From positions 1,676,745 through 1,740,744 of the forward strand of contig CAVVMG010000001.1 of assembly GCA_963749415.1 (NCBI GenBank): a DNA stretch of 64,000 bases. Direction: 5' to 3'. Made by a program: the position numbers and the translations under genes. The notes beneath the pieces are model-generated. The model saw only the letters and a program-made list of their open reading frames with translations, did not search any database and was not told where the DNA came from. This stretch comes from an uncultured Acidobacteriota bacterium (GTDB lineage: Bacteria; Actinomycetota; Acidimicrobiia; Spongiisociales; ZC4RG35). Of the stretch, positions 1-8,232 are shown one piece after another (within the stretch, counting starts at the first letter, position 1; each line of letters opens with the position of its first letter).

Positions 1-2
1 GG

Positions 3-71
3 AGCGCCGCTCTGATCAAAGGGATTCGCAAGGTGGCAGACGCCAAGTTGGTGCGGGGGATCTTCCCCTAG
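3..71 (+). CDS. 3' end of a gene entering from the left edge (...SAALIKGIRKVADAKLVRGIFP*)
   Basis: Open frame 3 ending at TAG 69-71, convergent with the next gene; too short to identify. Confidence 0.5.
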   Translation, partial: SAALIKGIRKVADAKLVRGIFP

Positions 72-75
72 GCCT

Positions 76-861
76 CTATGAGGGCTCAGCGAACGCCGGG
101 CAGATCCCTTTGAACGAGCACCAGTCACACAGACGGCCAGGACGGGTCGGGTAGCGCTCGGAAGCCATCGCCCGCTCGATTGCATTCCACAGTGCGCGCA
201 GCTGCCCATCCATTGCGTCGAGCTGCCGGTCATCGATCGCCAGCCGGTACTCGGTTGGGCCGTTCAGGTAGAGGAGCCTGATCTCTTTGGGCGTCTCCCC
301 GGTCCGTCGCCGGATGAGCAGGGCATAGATCTTGAGGGCGAAGAAGGCGGGGAGGGCATAGCGCTCCGGAGGCGCTTTCCCCGTCTTGTAGTCCGTGATG
401 ACCAACCGGCCGTCACGGTCGCGATCGATCCGGTCGAGGATGCCGCGGATGACGATGCCATCGAGATCCTCGAGCATGTCGAGCTCCCGATCGACCGGGT
501 CGAGCGACTTGGGATCTTCGATGCCGAAGTAGTTGGCGAGCAGCTCCATCGACTCCATGCCCCACAGGCGCTCGGCCTCGGTGTCTTCGAACAGCCCTTC
601 GAACTCCTCGTCGCCACGGAGCTCGGTCCAGGCCTCACGGAAAAGGTCGTAGAGCAACGCCGGGGAGCGCTCCCCGGCGGGATGGTCGAACAACCGCTGC
701 AGGGCGAGATGAGCGGTCGTGCCCCTCGCCTGGTAGACCGATGTCGGCTCGGGAAGGCGATCGATTGCCCGGAACTTGAACAGTTGGGGGCAGGTCTTGA
801 AGTCCCCGGCCCGGCTTGGGGAGAGGGTCTCGAGGCGGGGCAAACCCAATTCAACGGTCAC
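76..861 (-). CDS. PD-(D/E)XK nuclease, RecB-family/Cas4-like exonuclease with probable Fe-S cluster
   Basis: LSPS N-terminus with Cys, GILDRID and ITDYKTGK nuclease motifs, C-terminal CDWCSFKGIC. Confidence 0.85.
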   Translation of the reverse strand: MTVELGLPRLETLSPSRAGDFKTCPQLFKFRAIDRLPEPTSVYQARGTTAHLALQRLFDHPAGERSPALLYDLFREAWTELRGDEEFEGLFEDTEAERLWGMESMELLANYFGIEDPKSLDPVDRELDMLEDLDGIVIRGILDRIDRDRDGRLVITDYKTGKAPPERYALPAFFALKIYALLIRRRTGETPKEIRLLYLNGPTEYRLAIDDRQLDAMDGQLRALWNAIERAMASERYPTRPGRLCDWCSFKGICPAFAEPS

Positions 862-915
862 TCCACCGAGTGTAAGAGCGAGGTACGACAGAAACGTGGA
901 GGCTGGGAGCTCACC

Positions 916-943
916 CGCGAAAAGAATCGGCAGGGCGCGAAAA
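916..943 (+). repeat. Pair of CGCGAAAA direct repeats, 20-bp period; second pair at 1198-1225
   Basis: CGCGAAAA at 916, 936, 1198 and 1218. Confidence 0.8.
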
Positions 944-960
944 CTCGAATGCGATCAGGG

Positions 961-989
961 TTGAAATCCAATTGCCGACTTCGTACTTT
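961..989 (+). promoter_or_regulatory. Sigma70/SigA-type promoter, predicted TSS about 996-997
   Basis: TTGAAA (961-966), 17-bp spacer, TACTTT (984-989), directly upstream of the first hairpin of the structured element. Confidence 0.7.
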
Positions 990-996
990 CCCGTCT

Positions 997-1685
997 ACCG
1001 ACACGGGTTCGCCCGGGTCGGGGAAGGAGAGGCTTCGGCTCCTCCGGATTGCCACCAGCTGGGGGCCCGCTTTCCCGGCAGGTGGCTCGAGAGCCCCGAG
1101 AGGGCTGCGGCTTCGGCCGGAGCTCCCTCGGGGTTTCTCGCGTTCGGACGCAGCGGTCCCCTTCCTGGCCTGGGAGAAGTCTGCAATCGCACGGGATCGC
1201 GAAAAGCAATCGAAGATCGCGAAAACCAATCGTGCTTCACGTTTGCCTCGGTCCATGGCGCGGTCTACGTTGCCGGTCACGCCACAGGGGAGACCCTGCG
1301 GCGACCTGGATTGTGGGTACGGAACGGCGAAAGCCGGGCCGGGAAGAATTCCCCGATGCGGGGCCCGGAGCCAACGGGAGACTGTGGGCTCAGGGTTTGG
1401 CCGACGGGCCGAACGGGGATCCTTCGGGATCGTCGGGCGGTCAATCGGCCGGCGGATCTTCGGATCCGCAGCCTCCCTGGAAACGGGGAGGAGCGATCAC
1501 CGGATCGCAGCGGTCTTCGGATCGAGGCAGTCCAGTGAGCGCACGTCGCGGCTTCGGCCACGACGAAATTCCCGATCGGAGTTGGGTCCCCGGCCCGACA
1601 CCGAACGGGTCGAGAGCCCCGAGAGGGTTGAGGCTTCGGCCGATGCTCCCTCGGGGCCTTCTCGCGTTTCTCCCCCCGCAGGCCT
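997..1685 (+). ncRNA. Candidate large structured non-coding RNA or giant 5' leader, family not recognised
   Basis: Seven cUUCGg-capped stems plus one gUUCGc stem, GAAA and GAGA tetraloop stems, long-range pairings 1167-1179/1667-1684 and 1306-1312/1529-1535; no credible protein in any frame. Confidence 0.75.
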
Positions 1686-1712
1686 CATCGCCCGATGGGT
1701 AGCCTCGGGCCC

Positions 1713-2334
1713 ATGGGATACCCGACGAAGCTGCTCAGCCCCGGTGAGGAGATCATCACCGAGTTCAAGCCTCATTGGCTGCAGATAGTCAAGGAGGTGC
1801 TGCTCACGGTATTGGTCGGAGTGCTGGTGATCCTGATCGCGGCCAACTTCTCTTTCACCGGACAGGGATGGGTGATCACCGCCCTCGTGGTGATCTGGTT
1901 CGTCCTGGTTGTCACCGAGTTCACCCGCTGGTGGACAACCCAACACGTGATCACCAATGAGCGGGTGATCCACCGCGCAGGGTTGATCTCCAAGCAGGGC
2001 AAGGAGATCCCGCTCGAGGTCATCAATGACGTTGCCTTCAAACAGGGTGTCATCGAGAGGATGTTCGGCTCGGGCGATCTGCTGATCGAGTCGGCGGGGA
2101 CCCATGGTCAGTCCCGCTACACCGACATCCCGAGCCCGGAGGCGATCCAGAAGACCATCTATGAGGCACGCGAAGTACGGATGGCGGAAATGCGCGGCGT
2201 CGCTCCGGCTCCCGCGACTGCTCCTGCAGACCGCGGCCTCCCAGCTCGACACTCTCTCCCGGCTCCACGACGAGGGCAAGCTCACCGAAGACGAGTTCGA
2301 GACGGAGAAGAGGAAACTGCTGGGGGGTGCCTGA
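1713..2334 (+). CDS. Membrane bacterial PH-domain (bPH_2) protein with C-terminal SHOCT domain; frameshift near 2231
   Basis: MGYPTKLL start, two TM helices, ITNERVIHRAG PH motif; SHOCT (SQLDTLSRLHDEGKLTEDEFETEKRKLL) lies in the +1 frame and ends in a TGA overlapping the next ATG (TGATG 2332-2336). Confidence 0.8.
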
Positions 2335-3945
2335 TGCCTCACATGCAGGACGACTTCCCGTTGAACCTGTCGACGCTCTACGACCGTTCCGTCTGGCTCC
2401 ATCCGAACCAGGAGATCATCTCGGTCGAGGCTGACCGTTCCCAGGTGCGCAGCAGTTATGGAGAAACCGATGCCCGGGTCCGGCGGCTGGCTACCGCCCT
2501 CGATGGGCTGGGAGTCGGTCGGGGCGACGCGGTGGCGACCTTCGCCTGGAACAACCGGAGACATCACGAGCTCTATTGGGCCACTGCCAACACCGGCCTG
2601 ATCTGCCACACGGTGAACATCCGGCTGTTCGCCGACCAGGTGGCCTACATCGTCAATCACGCAGGGGACCGGGTCATGTTCGTCGATCCCGACCTCGTCT
2701 CACTGCTGGCGCCGCTCGCCGGGCAGCTGGAGACCGTCGAGACCTATGTGGTCATGGGGCCGGAGGCCGACCCCGCGCTCCCGGGCTCCATCCCCTACGA
2801 GGACCTGATCGCCGATGTCCCCGAGCACGGCTCGTGGCCCGAGCTCGACGAGCGATCGCCGATGATGCTCTGTTACAGCTCAGGAACCACCGGCAACCCG
2901 AAAGGGGTGGCCTACACCCAGCGCTCCACCTACCTGCACACCATCTCCAACCTGGCCAATTACGCCATGACCGCCTCGGACAACGTGCTGCCCGTGGTCC
3001 CGATGTTCCACGCTTCGGCCTGGGGGTATCCATTCATGGCCGTGGCCCAGGGGGCCAAGCTCACCTATCCCGGGCCGGATCTCACCCCGGAGGGCCTGGT
3101 GCGCCTGTTCGAGGGCGAAAAGGTCACGTTCAGCGCGGGCGTGCCCACCGTGTGGCTGGGAATCAAGCAATACCTGGAGGCCCACCCCGAAGCCGACGTT
3201 TCTTCGATTCGTGCCTTCCTCTGCGGAGGGTCCGCCGTGCCCCGGGCGATGATCGAGTGGTTCTGGGTGGAGCGGGGGATTCGGGTAGTCCAGGGCTGGG
3301 GGATGACTGAGACCAACCCGGTGGCATCCACGGCGACGTTGAAACCGGAGATGGAGGAGTGGGACCTGCAACGACAGCTCGACTTCCTGGAGACGGCCGG
3401 GATGCCGATCGCGGGCCTCAAGGTGAAGATCGTGGACGACGTGGGCGAGGAGCTGCCCCATGACGGGGTCGCCTTCGGGGAGTTGTTGATCCGCGGGCCC
3501 TGGATCGCCGCCGAGTACTACCGAGACCCGCGCTCTGCCCGGTCATTCGAGGACGGGATGGCTGCGCACTGGTGATGTCGCCAAGATCACCCCCGAGGGC
3601 TACATCCGGATCACCGATCGGGCGAAGGATGTCATCAAGTCGGGTGGGGAGTGGATCTCGACCATCGACCTGGAGAACGCGATCATGGCCCACCCCGGCG
3701 TGGCCGAGGCCACGGTCGTCGGGCTCAAGCACGTCAAGTGGCAGGAGCGTCCGGCGGCGTTCGTGGTGCCCAACCCAGGGTCCGAAGTCTCCGAGGAGGA
3801 CGTGTTGGATTTCCTCGAGGACCGGGTGGCCAAGTGGTGGATGCCGGACAGGGTCGTGTTCATCGAGCAGATCCCGAAGACCGGCACCGGCAAGTTCGAC
3901 AAGAAGGTGGTCAGGGACCAGTACGCCGACCTGCTGCTGGACTAG
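2334..3945 (+). CDS. Long-chain fatty acid-CoA ligase (AMP-binding); frameshift at about 3555-3557
   Basis: YSSGTTGNPKG and QGWGMTE motifs; removing one base restores DGWLRTGDVAKITPEGYIRITDRAKDVIKSGGEWI and gives about 536 aa. Confidence 0.85.
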
Positions 3946-3964
3946 TGGAAAAGGCGTGCCGAGG

Positions 3965-4086
3965 GGCGTAGCCGTCGGGCCGACCGGCGTCTGTTTGCCC
4001 GAGGCGACGATAGGGACGAGAACTCGAGTTTCGGGCAGGCTGAGGGGCCGAGGGCAAAGTCGGCCCGCAATCCAAGCGGCTACGCC
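3965..4086. other. Nested inverted-repeat element of about 120 nt between convergent genes
   Basis: GGCGTAGCCG/CGGCTACGCC, GGGCCGAC/GTCGGCCC and TGCCCGA/TCGGGCA pairings; central palindrome AACTCGAGTT. Confidence 0.6.
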
Positions 4087-4100
4087 GCGGCGGGAAAAAC

Positions 4101-4361
4101 CTAAACCTCGATCAGCTGTCCCGAGGTCAGGTCGAGCACGAACTCCTTGTCGCTCTTGGAGTCTGCGATGAAATGGGCGAGCTTGGCGCCCTGCTGGCGG
4201 ACGACCCACCATGCGTACGCCTTGGAAGCGGTGGTGGCGAACTCCATCTTGGCCGTCCGGGCCCTCTGCACTGCTTCCATTTCCTCGGAGAATTCACCGA
4301 GGACGGTCTCGCTCGGTTCCGGCTGACCGGGCGCCTCGATGAACTCCACTGCCTCGAACAT
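4101..4361 (-). CDS. Hypothetical protein (86 aa)
   Basis: ATG preceded by GGAAGGGAG, GC3-rich codons. Confidence 0.65.
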   Translation of the reverse strand: MFEAVEFIEAPGQPEPSETVLGEFSEEMEAVQRARTAKMEFATTASKAYAWWVVRQQGAKLAHFIADSKSDKEFVLDLTSGQLIEV

Positions 4362-4427
4362 CGCACACTCCCTTCCTGCCTCCCACGCAGAGTGTAATCC
4401 GGTCACTGCCCGGGGTCGCCTACTTCA

Positions 4428-4832
4428 TTGCCAAAATCCGCCGGCGGTAATGGCCCACCCTATGCTCCGCCGGTGAGCTCGTTCCACACCACCTGGGGCT
4501 ATATCGCGGCCGGGATCAGCGGGGTGGTCGGGCTTTGGGGAGTCGCCATGTTCCGCAGGGAGAAGCCGCCGCGCGCGTTCCTGTGGGCGGTCGGAGCGGC
4601 CGTTGTCGGGCTGCTGGTCCAGATCGTGACCGGCGTCATCGTCGCCTCGGGGGGAGTCGAGCCCGGTAATCAGCACGTCTTCTATGGCGTGGTGACTGGG
4701 GTGACCTTCGCCTTCGCCTACATCTATCGCGGCCAGTTCCGCAAGCGGCCCACCCTCTACTACGGATTGCTCCTGCTGTTCGCCATGGGCCTGGCCGTCA
4801 GGGGCATCATGACGTTCGGCAACAGCTTCTAG
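4428..4832 (+). CDS. Hypothetical membrane protein, 4 TM (start may be GTG near 4473)
   Basis: Four hydrophobic segments; 11 nt upstream of fabI. Confidence 0.7.
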   Translation: MPKSAGGNGPPYAPPVSSFHTTWGYIAAGISGVVGLWGVAMFRREKPPRAFLWAVGAAVVGLLVQIVTGVIVASGGVEPGNQHVFYGVVTGVTFAFAYIYRGQFRKRPTLYYGLLLLFAMGLAVRGIMTFGNSF

Positions 4833-4843
4833 GAGGAGGGCCC

Positions 4844-5632
4844 ATGCTGCTCGAAGGCAAGAAACTGCTGATAACCGGGGTGCTCACCGATGACTCGATT
4901 GCGTGGCATGCGGCGCGTATCGCCCAGGAGGAGGGAGCAGAGATCGTCGCCACCGGGTTCGGGCGCGGGCTTCGCTTGACCGAGCGCTCGGTGCAGAGGC
5001 TGCCTTCCGAGTGCCCGGTCCTGGAGCTCGACATCAACGACCCCGGCCAGGTCGACTCGGTTGTCGCCGACCTCGGCTCGCGATGGGGGCGGATCGACGG
5101 TGCTCTCCATGCCATCGCCTTCGCTCCCGATGACGCGCTGGGGGGCAACTTCCTCAACACCCCGGTCGAGTCGGCACAGACCGCTTTCGTCACCTCGGCT
5201 TTCTCCTACAAGACCCTGACCGTGGCTTTGCTACCACTCTTCGAGGCGGCCGGCGGTGGTGCCATGGTCACCCTGGACTTCGACAACACCCAGGCCTGGC
5301 CCGCATATGACTGGATGGGAGTTGCCAAGTCTGCATTGCAGAGTGTGACCAGGTACCTGGCCAAGGACTTGGGGCCAAAGGGGATCAGGGTCAATGCGGT
5401 GTCTGCGGGGCCGCTGCTCACAGTCGCCGCCAAGTCGATCCCGGGCTTCGACGCCTTCGAGAAGGTGTGGAGCGACCGTTCACCTCTGGCCTGGGATCCG
5501 ACCAACCCGGAGCCGGTGGCGCGAATGATCTGTGTGCTGCTCAGTGATTGGGCACCGATGACGTCGGGTGAGGTGATCCACGTCGATGGCGGTTTCCACG
5601 CCGTCGCCGTCGGGGAGGGCGAAAAGGCCTAA
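4844..5632 (+). CDS. fabI: Enoyl-ACP reductase (FabI/InhA type)
   Basis: ITGVLTDDSIA, HAIAFAP, YDWMGVAK, VSAGPL motifs; GGAGGAGG RBS. Confidence 0.92.
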   Translation: MLLEGKKLLITGVLTDDSIAWHAARIAQEEGAEIVATGFGRGLRLTERSVQRLPSECPVLELDINDPGQVDSVVADLGSRWGRIDGALHAIAFAPDDALGGNFLNTPVESAQTAFVTSAFSYKTLTVALLPLFEAAGGGAMVTLDFDNTQAWPAYDWMGVAKSALQSVTRYLAKDLGPKGIRVNAVSAGPLLTVAAKSIPGFDAFEKVWSDRSPLAWDPTNPEPVARMICVLLSDWAPMTSGEVIHVDGGFHAVAVGEGEKA

Positions 5633-7419
5633 GCCCTCAGGTGGGCACCCTGGAGCGCCGGTGCGAGCGGGAGCTCCACCACGAAGGTGGCCCCTCCACC
5701 CTCGGTCTCCTCGACTCGGACCGAGCCGTTCATGACCTCGGCGAGGCTCCTCACGATCGAGAGGCCGAGCCCGGTGCCTCCCTTCGACCTGGTGTCTGAC
5801 TGGTCGACCTGGGTGAATCGCTCGAAGGCCCGCTCCCTCTCTCCCTCCGGGATCCCGGGGCCGTGGTCGACAACCGCGATCATCGCTCGCTGTCCCCGCT
5901 CCCAGGCGAACAGCTCCACCGAGCTCCCGGCCGCGTATTTCGCTGCGTTCTCCACGAGGTTGATCAGGATCCGGCTGAGATGGTCGCGGTCGGCCTCCAC
6001 GGTGAGGGTCTCCGGTTCCACGGCGAACGTGGGCTCGATGGACACCACCCGGTTGACCTCGTCGAATGCCTGCCGAACCGGGATCGCCTCCAGGTGCACC
6101 GGGATCGCCCCTCGATCGATCCGGGAGACGACGAGCAAGTCGTCGATGAGTCTTTGCAGGCGGCCCGCCTGGCGCCGGGCGGTGGAGAGCAGCTGTTGGG
6201 CCGTGGGCTGGGTGGGGGCCAGCTCGGGGCGGTTCACGGTGTCGAGGGAGCCGATGATGGAGGTGAGCGGCGTCCGCAGCTCATGGCTGACCGTCGACAC
6301 GAAATCGCTCTTCATCTGGGCGACCTCCTCGAGGCGGCGTGTCATGTCGGCCTGCGCCTCGTAGCGCCCGATCTGGGAGAGCACCAGCCCTGCTGGGGCG
6401 GCAAGCGACCCGAGCTGATCCAACTGGTCCTCGGTGAAGGTCCCCACATAGGGGTCTCCCACGATGATCACCCCTACCCGGAGGCTCTCCACCTTGAGGG
6501 GCGCCACCAGCGCCTGCTTCAAGCCGAGCTCCTTGAGGAGGACATGGGAGTCGGTGTCCTGATCCACCTCTCGCACGTACAGCGGCTTGCCGGCCCGATA
6601 CGTCTGGGTGACCACCCCTGCCGCGGCGACATCGAGGACGATCGGGTCGGCGTCGAGCGGGTACCCATTGACCCAGATCGGGCTCATCACCTCCAGCCGG
6701 TGCCGGTCCGGGTTGTAGAGGAGGACCACCCCAACCTGGGCGTCGAGGTACTTGCAGATGGTCCCGATCAGGTGGGGAACGATCTCGGCCAGCGACTCGG
6801 CGCGGGCGAGGGTGGCACTCACCTCGTACAGCCGCTCGAAGTCGAGGCGTTGCTGGTCGATCTGGAGCTCACGGCCGGCAGAGCGCACCGCCTCGCGTTC
6901 GAACTCGAGTCCGACGAGCGCGGTGGCCGCGGCGACCACCGCCACCGTCAACACCGGGGCCAGGACATCGGGGATGGCGTCGGCGGCGCCGAGACTGAAC
7001 GCAACGAAGGAGATGGCTCCCATGATGAGGACAGTCACCAGGGCATGGGCCCACCAGGCGAGGAGCAATCCGGACACCGCCGCGATCCCGAACAGGATCG
7101 GTTGGGCGGTTGCGGTCAGCTCGGGGATGACTGCGAGAGCTGTGATCCCAACGATGAGCCCGGTCAGCCATCCGGTGGCGATCCAGGGAGCGGCGGCGGT
7201 GGCCATGATCCGGTCCCATCGCGCCGCAGTCGACACCACGAGGAGGGCGGCGAGCCCGGTCATCGGGATCCAGAACTGAGGTTCGGCGAACACACTCTCC
7301 CTGACCGCCTGTGCCGAGATGATGATCATCACCACCCAGGCGACCGCCGAGGCGCGGCGAAGCAGAGATGCCCGGAAGCGGGCCATTGCCTTGTGGGTGG
7401 TCGGCTTCAGTTCTTCCAT
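5629..7419 (-). CDS. Membrane sensor histidine kinase (TM-GAF-HisKA-HATPase)
   Basis: VSHELRTPL H-box, NLVENAAKY, DHGPGI and GGTGLGL boxes. Confidence 0.9.
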   Translation of the reverse strand: MEELKPTTHKAMARFRASLLRRASAVAWVVMIIISAQAVRESVFAEPQFWIPMTGLAALLVVSTAARWDRIMATAAAPWIATGWLTGLIVGITALAVIPELTATAQPILFGIAAVSGLLLAWWAHALVTVLIMGAISFVAFSLGAADAIPDVLAPVLTVAVVAAATALVGLEFEREAVRSAGRELQIDQQRLDFERLYEVSATLARAESLAEIVPHLIGTICKYLDAQVGVVLLYNPDRHRLEVMSPIWVNGYPLDADPIVLDVAAAGVVTQTYRAGKPLYVREVDQDTDSHVLLKELGLKQALVAPLKVESLRVGVIIVGDPYVGTFTEDQLDQLGSLAAPAGLVLSQIGRYEAQADMTRRLEEVAQMKSDFVSTVSHELRTPLTSIIGSLDTVNRPELAPTQPTAQQLLSTARRQAGRLQRLIDDLLVVSRIDRGAIPVHLEAIPVRQAFDEVNRVVSIEPTFAVEPETLTVEADRDHLSRILINLVENAAKYAAGSSVELFAWERGQRAMIAVVDHGPGIPEGERERAFERFTQVDQSDTRSKGGTGLGLSIVRSLAEVMNGSVRVEETEGGGATFVVELPLAPALQGAHLRA

Positions 7420-7485
7420 GTCACGGACTCATCGGGTTTCGACTGTATTCTCGGCATTTCTCCGGACCCGATCGAGGATTGATAG

Positions 7486-8232
7486 GTGGCGTTGCGCGCT
7501 TTCGCGGACGGGGCACTGTTCGCAGATGCGACCGGCTCCGGTCCTCCCCGGGTCATCGCCCTCCATGGCTGGGCCCGCCGCGGTGCCGATTTTCGCTCCG
7601 CTCTCGCCGGGCTCGACGCTCTCGCGGTCGATCTACCGGGTTTCGGGGCCTCACCACCACCCCAGGAAGTGATGGGGGCGGAGGGTTATGCCGCTCAGGT
7701 GGCAGGGCTCCTCGAGGGCATCGAAAGGCCACCCGTTCTCGTCGGACACTCCTTCGGGGGTCGGGTCGCGGTATGCCTCGCCGCCCGATACCCGGAACGG
7801 GTGGGGCCGCTGGTGCTGACCGGCGCTCCCCTGGTGCGGATCGCTCCCAGCCGCAAGCCTTCCCTCAGCTATCGCGCTGCCCGGGCCTTGAACCGGGTGG
7901 GCATTCTCGGTGACGAGCGGATGGAGAGGACGCGCCGGGAGCAGGGCTCGGCGGATTACAGGGCGGCGAGAGGAGTGATGCGCGACATCCTGGTCAAGGT
8001 GATCCACGAGAGTTATGAGCCCCAACTGCGGGCGCTCTCCTCGCCGGTGACCCTGCTCTGGGGGTCGGCCGATCGAGAGGCACCACTCGACGTCGCCCGA
8101 AAGGCGGCTGATGTGATCGCCGGCGCCGGCGGGAGGGTCGAGTTGGAGGTTTTGGAAGGAATCGGCCACCTGGTGCCGGTACAAGCTCCTGACTCGCTGC
8201 GCGCTGCGATCGACAGGGCGCTCGTCGGATGA
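7486..8232 (+). CDS. Alpha/beta hydrolase
   Basis: LHGW, DLPGFG, GHSFGG nucleophile elbow, C-terminal GH. Confidence 0.88.
   Translation: MALRAFADGALFADATGSGPPRVIALHGWARRGADFRSALAGLDALAVDLPGFGASPPPQEVMGAEGYAAQVAGLLEGIERPPVLVGHSFGGRVAVCLAARYPERVGPLVLTGAPLVRIAPSRKPSLSYRAARALNRVGILGDERMERTRREQGSADYRAARGVMRDILVKVIHESYEPQLRALSSPVTLLWGSADREAPLDVARKAADVIAGAGGRVELEVLEGIGHLVPVQAPDSLRAAIDRALVG

Noticed and set aside
76-861. Cas4-like nuclease as evidence of a CRISPR system
   Set aside because: No repeat-spacer array or other cas gene in the window; solo RecB-family nucleases are common in actinobacteria
997-1685. Assignment to RNase P RNA, tmRNA, SRP RNA, group II intron, c-di-AMP or c-di-GMP riboswitch, or the raiA motif
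   Set aside because: Their hallmark sequences were not found by eye; a faint resemblance to my memory of the raiA motif near 1253-1390 is too weak to claim without Infernal
682-1788. Long ORFs across the 862-1694 intergenic region (368, 217, 188 and 140 aa)
   Set aside because: Arg/Gly/Ser/Pro-rich with no domain and overlapping real genes; typical stop-poor high-GC hairpin sequence
1695-3575. 626-aa PH-domain/acyl-CoA ligase fusion taken at face value
   Set aside because: Explained by a frameshift; the SHOCT tail and TGATG overlap show two genes
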